From assembly GCA_002269645.1 (NCBI GenBank), contig NIVC01002711.1, forward strand, positions 1-64,000: 64,000 bases of DNA, in the 5' to 3' direction. Positions 11,281-43,207 of this stretch are shown here, piece by piece. This DNA is from Macrostomum lignano. Taxonomy: Eukaryota. The position numbers were made by a program, and so were the translations under genes. The notes under the pieces were generated by a model that saw only the letters and a program-made list of their open reading frames with translations, did not search any database and was not told the origin of the DNA. Each line of letters begins with the position of its first letter. Position 1 is the first letter of the stretch.

Positions 11281-11562
11281 ATGTATGAACCCTATGCTGC
11301 GCATCTGCTGGATCTGAAATTGTATTACAATAGGGTTCCGCATTATAAAATAGAGATCAATGCTTAAGTTTTAAGTATTAAATTAAACTGAATATTTATA
11401 GGAATTTTACTAAGCATCTTGACTTTAGTCTTTTTATAACATTTCAAAATTATTGCAATCTAATAACTTTGTTCTATATTAACCTATTGGCTATATAGTG
11501 AACTAACTGACTAAGAACAGCTTTTATCCTTTTTCTCCTTGTTTATATTTATTGTTTACTGT

Positions 11563-12428
11563 CAATGTTGGGCACCAGTCCATTAATAAGCAAGAATCCA
11601 TTAATAAGCATTAATAAGCATTAAGATTTTTTATTAACATTAATAGACTGCCATTAGGATTTTTTTAACTAATAGATTAATTAATTTGTGTTAATAATTT
11701 TGTGAGTTAATGACAAATTCATCATTAATGTTAATGGCAATGTCAATGACCAAAGATGCAAAGAAAGAAAAAAATATAAGTCTGAAGAGAAGTTACAACA
11801 TTATAAATATGTTTGAATTTACCTAAATGCTTAATTAATCTCTTTTGACTCTTTGTTTATGACAATGATCATGCAAATTTAACAACTTATTAACTAATGA
11901 ACTTTAAAAATGAATAACAATTGTGAACTTTATTGCCTGAGCGTGAGCATTGATTGTTTTTATTCACTTCTTTCCTAATCTTTTGTAACTTTCTACTATG
12001 CCTACTAATGCTACTAAAACAACCTTCCTATTCATATTTTATTATTAACTATTTAGCTTCAAGTTTCAAATAAATAAGTTATTTCTTTTATAGTAGGCCT
12101 ATGTTTACTTTTAGTAGTATAATATGTACAAGTTTTTTTAATTATTATTTATCACTTTTTAGCTTGTAAATCACTTAGATGACCTCCATATTTTACTAAA
12201 AAGATGGAAAAGCAAAGACAGTGCATTGTAAAGTCTGTCTTGTAAAAAGTGCTAGATTTCTGTATTTTCTATGTTAACTTTAATGGATTAATGCTTATTA
12301 ATGATTATCAATTAACTTTTAATTAACTTCACAAAATTAAAAATTAATAAGTTACAATTTTTTATTTTAATGCTAATGCTTTTGCCATTAATAGAAGTTG
12401 AGATTTTCATTAATGGTGCCCAACACTG
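11563..12428. mobile_element. Non-autonomous DNA-transposon-like element with 15-bp TIRs
   Basis: CAATGTTGGGCACCA (11563-11577) and TGGTGCCCAACACTG (12414-12428), 1 mismatch. AT-rich interior with no ORF; no clear TSD. Confidence 0.5.
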
Positions 12429-14203
12429 CTTATAATGCAGGCCCTAGACTTTTTTAAGATTATATTAGGCCAATAATTTTCCTAAAATGAATTTAAGCCA
12501 ATATAGCTATATGCCTATACTATAGATTGAGGTATTGTTTATAAAAATGATTTTAGCTTTTAATTTGGTCAAGGGTCATAATGCTCCAATATAGATTTTT
12601 ATGGCTGTCAGACTAAAAATGCAAAAGCATAGGCCTATTAAAAAGAAAAAGTCCAAGGATAATTCCAGCTAAGGCTATAAGCTAAGGACTGCCATAACAG
12701 TAGGCCTATAGAGTATGGTATTTTATATTTCCAAGCACAAAGGCCACACTTAGGAAAGTTACATGTATGCTAGAAATATCCTGTGTACAAATGTTAAAAA
12801 TGACTAACATCACTAGTCTCAGAGACTCAGTCTCAGAGTCTCAAAGAGTCAAAGTTGGTATAGGCCTACAGCAGTATACAGTGACTACACATTCTGCATA
12901 CGAATTCGTGCCAATTTTCGGCGTACAAATTTGGGCGCACAAAAAATACACATGTACATTTAAGAGAACATTTAATTTTGACCTAAAATAATTTGTGTAA
13001 ACATATAAATATTAATTCCTCTAAAAGGCATAGGTATGAATCCTAGGCACAGGTTGTTGGTAATTATATTATACAAAAAACACGAGAGGAAAGTCAATTT
13101 AGTGCGGTAAAAACATAGCTAAAGTTGTTTTTTTCTTTATGTGTGGGAAATAAAATGCTATCTTATTTTTTAGGCAACAAACAAGTTCTAATTTCTTTAA
13201 ATAATGCATTTAAATGTACTATTTTTGTTTTAACGAACAAACTGCCGAGTTTAGTTGCCATAGGCCATTAACATTACAAGTAGAAATTTTCTTTCATATA
13301 CGTTGCTACTCACTCCGAATCAAAAGACTTTCAGCATTCGTTAACAGACGGATGCTATCAAACTGTCCTTAAATTTTTTAATGTGCGGCGCTATCTCTAC
13401 GTGCGTTACAATAAATGTATGCAACGCGTACATTTGCAGTGCATGAATGTGAACGTGTAAAACCGAGATCCTTATTTACGTGCGTACATGTTTGATCGTT
13501 CTTGAATATAGGCTGCACATGAACTACTTTTAGTAGACTACACTTAAGTAGTTTGTGAGGCTGCACGATGCAGACGTATCAACATGCAGATCAATCTATT
13601 TGATTAAAACATGCAGGTTATTTTATTTTATTTGATTTATTTGATTTGATTATTTGATTTGATTACAATATACTGCATGTAAAGTAGTAGTATAAATAAT
13701 TAGGTATGTACATATCTCCACTCCAGCACGACTGGCGAGTTCTTCACCTTTTTCACGGGTGAAACACCTTTTTAGTTGACGTGATCAGTACGTTATAGTC
13801 ATGCGGTCTTTATCCGCTGGTCGATTTTCCCGACTTCTAATCAACGTTGCGAACAATGTACTTTTACGTGGACCTTACACACCCGACGTTCAGTGTGGAC
13901 GTATGACGTCTTTCTCGCAGTCAAGCGCCAATTTTCGTTAACAACCTGTCTAATTTATTATCCGTCAGCTAGTGTAATACAAAAGTACATATACGAGTTT
14001 GTCAGCGACGTCGCCGACATCGTATAGCTGTACCGGTAGAGACATTTATATTGACATACATATGTGTTTCGCTACCTTTTGCTTTTTATTAATCTTCATA
14101 ACTTACAAGTTTAGCATGTAGGAGCTACTGTACATGTGTAGATCAAGCTTCATTTAGCGTGTGACATACGGTAATACATAATTAGTCTTAATTAGGGAAT
14201 TGA

Positions 14204-15106
14204 TGTCCGATGTCTATGTCCTGCGCCGCACCCTCTCTGAAGACGATGGCTTCGTTGTCGCTCGGCGCCGCAGCTCGCGTTACCCTAGCTGAGATCACAC
14301 TGGCTGCCCTCGCTTTTGCCGACGACATTTGCCCTGGGTGTACAGAGACCCCTCGCCCGCTCAATCATGCCTCAACAAGATCTGTGAGGAAGGCACCAGA
14401 GTCGGCCTCGAAGTGAACGCCCGCAAGACCGAGGTGCTCCACGTCGGCATCAGCGACCCACCTGCTCTCACCCTCCCAAACGGCGACGAAATCTCTTCCT
14501 GCTCGGATTTCCGCTACCTCGGCTTGCTGGTGGTCTCTCCGGACGACATCGTCACCGACCGTCCGCGCAACTCTGGAGAGCTGCTCGGCAACTGACTCCC
14601 ATCTTCAGCTCGCCCGTGCCTGAACTACTAGAATCTGCAGGATTTTCCGAGCTGCCGTGGAGCCGATATTCCATTACGGTTTTGAATGTCTGCCGGTCAC
14701 GGAATCTCGCAACCAGGCTCTCGACGCCACCTTCAGAGCTTTGCTGCGGTTTGCTCTCGACCTCCGCTACCCTGAAAGGCTGTCAAACTGCTCCGGTGCT
14801 CGCTCCGGCGTCCCGCCAGTGAGCTCCATCCTCAGAACGCAGAGACAGCGACCTCTCGGCCATGTGCTACGCGGGGCCGGGGAAATGAGCCCCTTCGCAG
14901 GTGTCGTGCACAACCCGCCGTGCGACCCATATCGTTGCGGACTTGCGCGCACTGAGACGCTTCTAAAGACTTTTGCTAGTGACCTTCAGGCCATCCACCT
15001 CACCCGCTTGAGGCGAGGCCACTTCCTACCCCTCTGAACTTTTTTGCGGGCGTGTGAGCGCTAAGAGTCTCTGACTCTTCAGCGTCTTTTTACAAGCGTA
15101 TCTATC
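14204..15106 (+). mobile_element. 5'-truncated, frameshifted RTE-like non-LTR retrotransposon with 11-bp TSD
   Basis: RT motifs LAFADD, GLEVNARKTEVL and FRYLG, then AVEPIFHYGFECL...LDATFRALLR...LGHVLR, spread over several frames. TSD TAGGGAATTGA at 14193-14203 and 15107-15117. (TATC) tail and a 3' stem-loop AAGAGTC-TCT-GACTCTT. Confidence 0.9.
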
Positions 15107-15174
15107 TAGGGAATTGAAATTAGAGGGGTAAAGGGTAAAGAGTAAAAGCCGCACCCTAAGGAGCGCCAATATAT

Positions 15175-16697
15175 TTGGTGTTCTGGAGAGCACCCCTGTC
15201 TCTTGGTGTGCGCTCCTGTCTCTTGTTGTGCGCTCCTGTCTCTTGGTGGGCGCTCCTGTCTCTTGTTGTGCGCTCCTGTCTCTTGGTGGGCGCCCCTGTC
15301 TCTTGGTGGGCGCCCCTGTCTATTCTTGTGCGCTCCTGCCTCTTGGTGGGCGCCCCTGTCTCTTGGTGGGCGCCCCTGTCTCTTGATGGGCGCCCCTGTC
15401 TCTTTGTGTGCGCTCCTGTCTCTTGTTGGGCGCCCCTGTCTCTTGGTGGGCGCTCCTGTCTCTTGCTGGGCGCTCCTGTCTCTTGTTGGGCGCCCCTGTC
15501 TCTTGGTGGGCGCTCCTGTCTCTTGTTGTGCGCTCCTGTCTCTTGGTGGGCGCCCCTGTCTCTTGGTGGGCGCCCCTGTCTATTCTTGTGCGCTCCTGCC
15601 TCTTGGTGGGCGCCCCTGTCTCTTGGTGGGCGCCCCTGTCTCTTGATGGGCGCCCCTGTCTCTTAGTGAGCGCTCCTGTCTCTTGTTGGGCGCCCCTGTC
15701 TCTTGGTGGGCGCTCCTGTCTCTTGTTGTGCGCTCCTGTCTCTTGTTGGGCGCCCTGTCTCTTGGTGGGCGCCCCTGTCTCTTGTTGTGCGCTCCTGTCT
15801 CTTGTTGGGCGCCCCTGTCTCTTGGTGGGCGCTCCTGTCTCTTGGTGGGCGCTCCTGTCTCTTGTTGGGCGCCCCTGTCTCTTGGTGGGCGCTCCTGTCT
15901 CTTGCTGGGCGCTCCTGTCTCTTGGTGTGCGCTGCTGTCTCTTGTTGGGCGCCCCTGTCTCTTGGTGGGCGCTCCTGTCTCTTGGTGTGCGCTGCTGTCT
16001 CTTGGTGGGCGCTCCTGTCTCTTGTTGTGCGCTCCTGTCTCTTGGTGGGCGCCCCTGTCTATTCTTGTGCGCTCCTGCCTCTTGGTGGGCGCCCCTGTCT
16101 CTTGGTGGGCGCCCCTGTCTCTTGATGGGCGCCCCTGTCTCTTTGTGTGCGCTCCTGTCTCTTGTTGGGCGCCCCTGTCTCTTGGTGGGCGCTCCTGTCT
16201 CTTGTTGGGCGCCCCTGTCTCTTGGTGGGCGCTCCTGTCTCTTGGTGTGCGCTGCTGTCTCTTGTTGGGCGCCCCTGTCTCTTGGTGAGCGCCCCAGTCT
16301 CTTGGTGTGCGCTGCTGTCTCTTGTTGGGCGCCCCTGTCTCTTGGTTGGCGCTCCTGTCTCTTGGTGGTCGCTCCTGTCTCTTGGTGTGCGCTCCTGTCT
16401 CTTGGTGGGCGCTGCTGTCTCTTGTTGGGCGCCCCTGTCTCTTGTTGGGCGCCCCTGTCTCTTGGTGTGCGCTCCTGTCTCTTGGTGGGCGCCCCTGTCT
16501 CTTGGTGGGCGCCCCTGTCTATTCTTGTGCGCTCCTGCCTCTTGGTGGGCGCCCCTGTCTCTTGGTGGGCGCCCCTGTCTCTTGATGGGCGCCCCTGTCT
16601 CTTTGTGTGCGCTCCTGTCTCTTGTTGGGCGCCCCTGTCTCTTGGTGGGCGCTCCTGTCTCTTGCTGGGCGCTCCTGTCTCTTGGTGGGCGCCCCTG
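15175..16697. repeat. 20-bp GC-rich minisatellite (CTGTCTCTTGGTGGGCGCCC), ~75 copies
   Basis: Regular 20-bp period with recurring variant blocks; source of the ORFs between 15175 and 16729. Confidence 0.97.
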
Positions 16698-17713
16698 TGA
16701 TAACAATATCTAAAAGTACAAAGTAACAAAGTCGTATTTATAGCGCCTTATACCCGTAGAGTAGCAGAAGCAGGTGATGTTCTACCTGCTGGCCATGTAC
16801 TTTTGAATCAGTGACAATGCAGAAAGCAGATATTTACAAAAGGCTAGATACGCTTTTACAAATCTGCATTGTTTTAAAGAAAAGCTTTTTGTCTAAAAAA
16901 CTTTTTTAAGCTTTAAAAATTTTTTAACAGCGCATTGTTCGAACGCAACGATTCAATGGGATGGCCGGGAGACACTAAATAGTGTGGTCGAGGGGTAGTA
17001 GGGTGAGGAGTAGAGATATAGTATCAATAGGTAGAAGCAGTAGGGAAAATAGAATGCGAAGTAAAAAGAGTATGACTAAAATGTGTAAATAGAGAAAGAA
17101 GCATGTTACGAATATTTCTATAGAAATGTGTACCAATTTATTACATGTTGGAATTCAAAACTACTAATGTATTAATATTTTGGCCTTGCTCAGTACTGCC
17201 GCATAGCTATACTATATTTACCACAATGAATAGTCACATGCTTTTCTGACGCTAATTAAAACTAAAATCATTGGTGCGTTACAGAGTTCGTGTATACACA
17301 TGCACATGTAGAAGTCAACTGCTAATGAGCCTGCTGAAATATGCAAATGAGCCCCTCGGCCTTACTACGTATGACAAAACAACTGACAGGTTTACATTCG
17401 AGGTTTGACATCGCGAACTCTGATGGGTACCCACTTCCCCTCGAGGGCATTGTGAGGCTCCAGTCGCGATTTCCAATTGAATTGGACAGGCTCTGTATGG
17501 GACATTATGCAGTCTCAATGATGATCCTGTCGGACGAATCTGATTGGCTAGTTGGTTCGGTCAGCCAATCAGATTGCGGATTTCAGAATTCTATAGTGGG
17601 GTCTACCTATCGGGCCGCCAGTTTTATAAAAAAAGAATACCTGAAATGCAGAACTCTTTTTGGGGGACCAACTTCGAACCAAATTGAACCTTCGAAAACA
17701 ACTGACAAAGAAA

Positions 17714-36935
<19,222 letters not shown>

Positions 36936-39901
36936 GAGCTTCATTTTTAGGATTCTTATTTCCATCTATGCATACATAGCTCTAATAATGACTTGCACTG
37001 TCTAATTATGTATTAATATTTTTTCTGGCAACTAATATACTGTAGTTGTTTCATACACTGTGAGATATTTGTTTTAGTTTGAGTGATTTAACGCGGTTTC
37101 CAGCTGTGTCAATCGCGTTGTCGCAAAAATTTATGAGCTTATAATAAGGAAAACGTTTTAAGGTAGCTAAGTAAATAAATAAACGTAAATATGCTGATAA
37201 TCAAAATATAAAATAATTTTTTAAATAATAAAATTTTCAATAAAAACTATCAAGCCATTAACGATACATGTACTCGTACATGTATAAACAAATTAAAAGC
37301 ATCGTGCTGAGTATTTTTTGGTTTTTGGCTATACTCATGGTGATATGCAATGTGTTGTTACTAAAAGTTGCTCATTTTTATTTATATATTCTGCGTGGAG
37401 CACTTACGTACATTTAATTAGCTACATGTAAGAATGATAGTAGTATATTTAATCACTCTACCACTGTCTTTCAGGTTTGTCGAAGTATTCTCTAAGTAAT
37501 GATATTCGATGTACAATTTATTTTTTCAAATTTGAAAAACTTGCATTACCATTTAAACCTCTTAAAAACAGTAACGCAGCTAAATAAACACAAAATCAGA
37601 CACATTTAGTTTCCGTATACTGTATACTATTTTGTAAATTTATTGCAATATTACGAGCGACCATATTATTAATTTTGTTTTCACTACTCTTTCAGTTTCG
37701 ATGATATTCTTAATCAGCTTGAGTCTTGGTGTCGAAATTTTTCATAATTAATATACAGCTGTTACATGTACGAACTAATTACTCGCTCTGTTGTTATTTT
37801 AAACCACGAGATAATTTTTTATCAATGACTGAATTACTCTACTTATCCTGGAAAGTAGTTTGCGCACTCATTGTTGGCTGAATTTGCAATTCAGTTTTTC
37901 CATGCATGCGTGTAACTTCCTTAATTAGAGTGCGCATAAATAAATGTTAATTCTAATATAACTGCTATATAAAGACTAAAATATGCAAAATGCAAATGCA
38001 AATGCTAAATTCTACCTTCCTACTAATATAGCTATAGCTAGCAATACGTATTTGAAGTAAGCGTTCTCGTAAACGATGGCATACGCTTTAAAAATTAATA
38101 TTTTGAAACCCCATCACATGCATGCCTGATGATTAGAGAGTCAGGGCCGCTGTACATGTACAGCTTGTATTGAAGGTGCTCAGGGGTCAGCGGAATGAGC
38201 AGAATTGCCTCACGGGCTGGTTGCGTTGCAAAATAGCAAAACCAAAAAAGCCACCAGCGAATATTTTTTCTATTGTCCATCCCGTGTGTAAATTAAGCTT
38301 TATGACGGCAGCCGCTAGCTGTCAATCAAAGAAAGCTATACTGATGATTTGCAAATAATAGGAACTATAATCAGATGCGTTGCACTTGACGATTGTTACC
38401 GTGCATGATTAAATCGGAGAATGTTTTATCTAAGCCAATAACGCGAAATAGAAAATTGCTTCTATGAGTGTGTGCCCCTAAATATTCATTCGGTAGACAA
38501 TTAGTCGGAGTTAGAGTTACGTATATTTGCTTAGCTAGACTTGCATTTAATCAAACTGATAGCAACTTAACAAACTCTACACTGCACTATGAAGCTTAAG
38601 TCAATGCTTTCTGCGTACCTTGGATCGCATGGGCAGAAACTTTGACAACTGGTATATGGCTACATAGTCAGTTTTATTGGGCATGGTTTATTAATTTTGG
38701 GCAAATAGCAACTAGCTCAGTAAATCAGGTAATACGAGGTAGATCTCGTATTTGTCCCGAGCAATGCAAACAAATTTCTGACAGAAGCTAGAACTACTCT
38801 CAAAAAATTATGATCCTGATGCATGATATTAGACGATATGCTAGTGGTATATTGACGTTTGTTAAAATTATGCGAAAGATTTAACGACAAGAAAAATGTT
38901 TAACGTAAAACGAAGTGAATTAGCTAGTTGTCGAAAATCTATAGAGATAGACGATTGTATGGCGCTATCGAATCCCAAAGATTACCAACCAAAGTTACTA
39001 TTAAGCAACATTCCGACGTCCGCTGACGAACCCATTGTTCGACGACGCCGACGTGCAAATGCTGTGCGGGTGAGACGTCTTCAGAAAGCTTTCTGATGTT
39101 GAAGGGACGTCCCTGAGACGAATGCACTCATTTTGTGATCAGATATTTAGAAACATAGAGAATCAATAATGCTTTGAGGCTATTTTATCTGTACGTTTGA
39201 TCTTATAATGGAATCGATTCGTCTTTGTGACGTCCCTGCAACCTCAAAAATACTTACTGAAGACTTCTATCTCTAGTAGCAACACACTTCGTTGCGCCAA
39301 GATCGCAGTTTGTAACGCGGTAGTTACGACCAGTTTTGGATGGATAATAAACGTAACGCGTAAGTGTTGTCATGCGACATTCAGTTCAACTATCGATTAG
39401 ATACAAATATTTGTTTTCGGAATCGGTATACAGTACAGTGATTGGCAAAGGTTAGAGACAAACATTTAGAATCCATAGAGAATCCGCAGTTAGTATAAAA
39501 TATTGTAATGAGTTAAAACATTTGTTTCTATTCATCAAGTTTAAAACAAAAGACAAAGAATCTCAGACACTGAAGCCACAACGTTCTAGATGAAACCGAG
39601 TGCCTTATCCTAATTTTATAGCTGTCCTTGGATTGATGTCAATATTATTTGTAAAATTCAAGCTCCATGGAAAAATATTTTTTGCTATGAAGTATTTCTA
39701 CCCAATAAAAAAGGGAGGAGTCTATACCATACCCTGTGCAAAAACAGTCTATTAATACACTAATGAGACCTCTGTAATGACAGACAAGGGGAACGTCCTT
39801 CTATCTTAGTCGTCTATAAACAAGCTCGGAGTATCAGCGCTCAGATACGTCATAGTTTCAAGATTTCTCGAAATGTTTGACACGTCAAGCACAATAAAGC
39901 A

Positions 39902-42045
39902 TCAAATTTCTTCTGTAGACTCGAGTTCGCAGACTTCTGTCTGTCCGCATGGCGGCCAAACCGAGTCGATAGTGTAATTATTGAACGCGATGAGCTTGCT
40001 GTCCGGACTTAAAGGCTTGCACACAGTCAAAGTGAGCTTTTTCCGTCCGAACAGCGCAGTTCTCAGTCGGAAGAGCACGACAAAGGTTCGCTCGAAGTAC
40101 TCCGCAACAGTAAGCATTAGCCAGTAGCGGTGCTCAACACTGTTCTCCGTGACTCGATTCACCACTGAAGATAAAATTCCGACAACAAAGTTGATAAACA
40201 ATACAGGTACCGCAAGAATGTAGGCCATATGCAGCAGGCTCAGGTCAGCTCTGTCTTCGCCCGGCCTGAATACCGTCGGATCAATGATGTTCAGTGACAC
40301 CAAGAAGGTGGTGTAATAAGCTCTGAAGAATGTGTTGCTGCTGTCCGAAGAATTACTACTGGCAGCAGCTTGCGCCGCGGCGAACGTCGAACTAGCTTGA
40401 AACAATCGCGTGAAAATAGCCGTCAGTATGATGTAGACAAGTGAGAATAATGTGAAAGTGCCAATGCTGTTGTAGAAGCTAGTTGTGATAGTTGTTATCG
40501 GCCAACACATTTGCAAGTAGCAGAGAATGAAAGCTAGACTGGAGAGTACCAGCAAAATGGTGCAGCATCCACTTGTTGCATAGATCATGGTGCCAAACAT
40601 ATTGCAGCTTGTAGTTGTATTTAGATGAAGCCAGTACAAAAAACACGAGACTGGCAGCGCCAAAATTAATGGGGCCAACCAGGAAATTAGATCCGAGTAG
40701 CTTCTTCTTGGCCAAGCGGGATAGCCGAGCTTGTACCTAAATAAACAGAAGTTTGCATCACGCATCAGTTTGCTTGCAGGAGCTGGCTTCGGGCACTGCA
40801 GCAAATCGAAAAAGTGACAGTAAACCGGCAGCCAGCGAGGAGCAAGCCGTTATGCTAATTTTGCTAACCCTTGAGCAGCATAAAAATACATGCACAGGCA
40901 CGAGAGGCAGATGCCATAACTGCTGAGGTAATCTGCCCCGAAAATGTAATATGTGAGTAATGATATCTCTATTATCATGCTTACCTCCAGATCTCCTTTC
41001 GAGCTAGGCCCAAAGCTGTGCTCACTAGACAAAAAAGCGAGAAAGTAATCCAGCAGATTAAAGTGCTAAGTAGTCCGTAAGGCGTCGATGCTACCTCATT
41101 TGTCGATTTGCTGCACTTTATCCTCAGGTATTTGTTAGACTCTACACCGAAGAATCCGACTGTGCAGATGCACAAGGCCGTAACCAAAAGTTGCACGATC
41201 AGGCTAGCAATGTAGGATCGACTGTAGAGTTCCTCTACCCACTGTCGCCAGATGAAGCCCTGACGGAAGATTCCCATCTCCCGAATCTCGTCCAACGAAC
41301 TTGCACTGTACACATCCAGCAGTACAATGATTGGACAAACAAAGAATTCTTTGTGTTCGCCGGTAAAGTTCGTCAGGTCCAAAACGATGTGCTCATTGAT
41401 GCCCACTGCGTCGGCTTGTGCAATCCTGTTTGGCGAATAACAGTACAAAATGTACTCCATGTACTTGGCCAGACCGATGTACACCCCCCAGCTGATTGGG
41501 CACATGCCGTGCTGACAGCGCTTGTCGAACATGAACTCCTGCTCGTCTCTGGTGAATAGTTGGTGATGGAACAGGACCAGCAGACTCCAGACATCAGGCG
41601 TACCATCTTTGATATTTTGGTTTTTCAGCATGAACTGCATGGCGCTCATCAGCATATGGTAGGCATTGAATTTTTGCTCAGTTAGCTTAGAGAAGTCTAC
41701 AGCAGACTCTTTCATGAGGAGCAGGCATTTCTTGGCGTTGTAGAACATGGCTACAAAAAATGGATTCGATGCAAAATAATGTATCTGCCTGCTGCCGCGG
41801 GTCGACTTGGAGAAGCGGGGTTCGCAGAGTTTCCACGCTCCGCCAAGATCCTGGCTCTGCAGAAATTTGGTCCAGTCAATTCGCTTAGAAAACGACCTCA
41901 GCTTATCGGAGTCGTCTTCGGCGAGGCATTTTATGAAGGCTAGCCATTCCCTTCGACTGGGCAGAAAGTCCACGATGTCGATGGGACATTCCGTCTGTGG
42001 ATTGTCTCCGTCAGTAGGATCGATTGAATTGATATTGCAGCTCAT
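39902..42045 (-). CDS. TRPV-family cation channel (TRPV5/6-like pore), 2 exons: 42045-40985 and 40736-39902, 631 aa
   Basis: Degenerate ankyrin repeats (NPFFVAMFYNAKKCLLL; GMCPISWGVYIGLAKYMEYIL), about six hydrophobic segments, pore helix/filter YTTFLVSLNIID (cf. TRPV5/6 FSTFELFLTIID), S6 PVLFINFVVGILS and TRP-box-like HRYWLML..AEYFER. Donor GGAG|GTAAGC and acceptor TTTATTTAG|G are both phase 2 and join the two listed ORFs. Confidence 0.82.
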
Positions 42046-43207
42046 CGCTTGAATAAAATATCACGAATTCTCTAAAGCGGAAATGCGTGAAAAGCTGGTC
42101 TTTAGTCAATTTCCATGATTGAGACTTATTAGATTTTAAGTAGTATCGAGTTTGTATCCCCTGCAGATAACGATTTTCATTGGCTCAAATCAAGCTGTAT
42201 ATTTTTCTGGTTTCTGCAGACTTCGACCAATGGCAAATGGCAAGAGCACACGATAAACGTATGAATGCCGGAGTCTTGACTTCCGGGCATATACTTAATA
42301 TGGGCATATCCGGGCATAAGGTAACCCACAGTTTATAAAACTTCAACTTCAACTTCATGTAAGGTCACGTACATGCATGTAACTGCAAATACATGTAGCC
42401 ATCTAAAGAATGCAACCATGCGGTGATCAAATCGGGAGCTCGAGAATCGCCCGAAGATGAACTGTCCGCCAATATTTGCCCGCCGAGGTTTTCCTGCAAC
42501 ACATATTGAGCCATGCGGCAGATTTTAACTTCAGTGCCCACCCCCAATGCATATAGTAAGTCGCTCTTAATAAAGAGATTTTAGGGACCAAGTGATGTGT
42601 TCCTTATTACCAGACTTTGTCTGTAATCAAGGAACAATCACTTCTAGCTTCTTTGCTAGGCAACCCGGTAATCAACTGAAGGTATTTAATTACCTTAAAT
42701 CCGGATTAGACGTCTCTTCGTTAACTCCTTGTGTAGATCTCGTCAATCTTCTAGAAGTCTTGGATCTTCGTCTCTGGTCCTGGTTCTTCTTTTACTTCCG
42801 ATGAAGTCACTTCCGGCCGGTGTCTGCAGTCAGGACCAATCAGAGGCCTCGTATCAACAATGGGTACCCGGCGCCGAACTGCAGTTTCACTTAAGCCTTC
42901 TCCTTCTAGTAGTGCCTCACTGCACTCTAGGTATTGCTCCGGTAATCTCTAATAGATCCTCTAAGATCTAGTGGGTAGTCCTTCGGGCGACTACAGCCAA
43001 TGGAGTCTCAAATGGACTCAAGAGTCTCAACAGACTCTAACACTATAACAATAGCGAGTCGACTCAACAACAACTGGCGCAAATGAGAAAGGCTTATCGC
43101 AACAACTCGACCGAGTCTCGATTGACTTGGTGATCAGGAAGTCCTCCTAAGGCTTCCTCTTCGGAGCTTCTCCTATCGTCAAGAGTTGACTCCGGTTCCG
43201 CTTTGGG

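Noticed and set aside
15175-16729. Long ORFs of 140-469 aa (also at 2708-4079, 23489-24063, 26349-26765, 29093-29605, 33620-34260, 47467-48066, 55000-57042, 63545-63998)
   Set aside because: They are translations of tandem repeats, open in several frames and on both strands at once, with no domain content.
39015-39085. Hammerhead-ribozyme-like CTGACGA with ACCC/GGGT stem (also CTGATGA at ~61379)
   Set aside because: The required GAAA core and stems I/III are absent (GAGAC/GAAC instead).
40737-40984. Frameshift/stop suggesting a TRPV pseudogene or stop-codon recoding
   Set aside because: Explained by a canonical phase-2 GT-AG intron (GTAAGC...TTTATTTAG) that restores a continuous frame.
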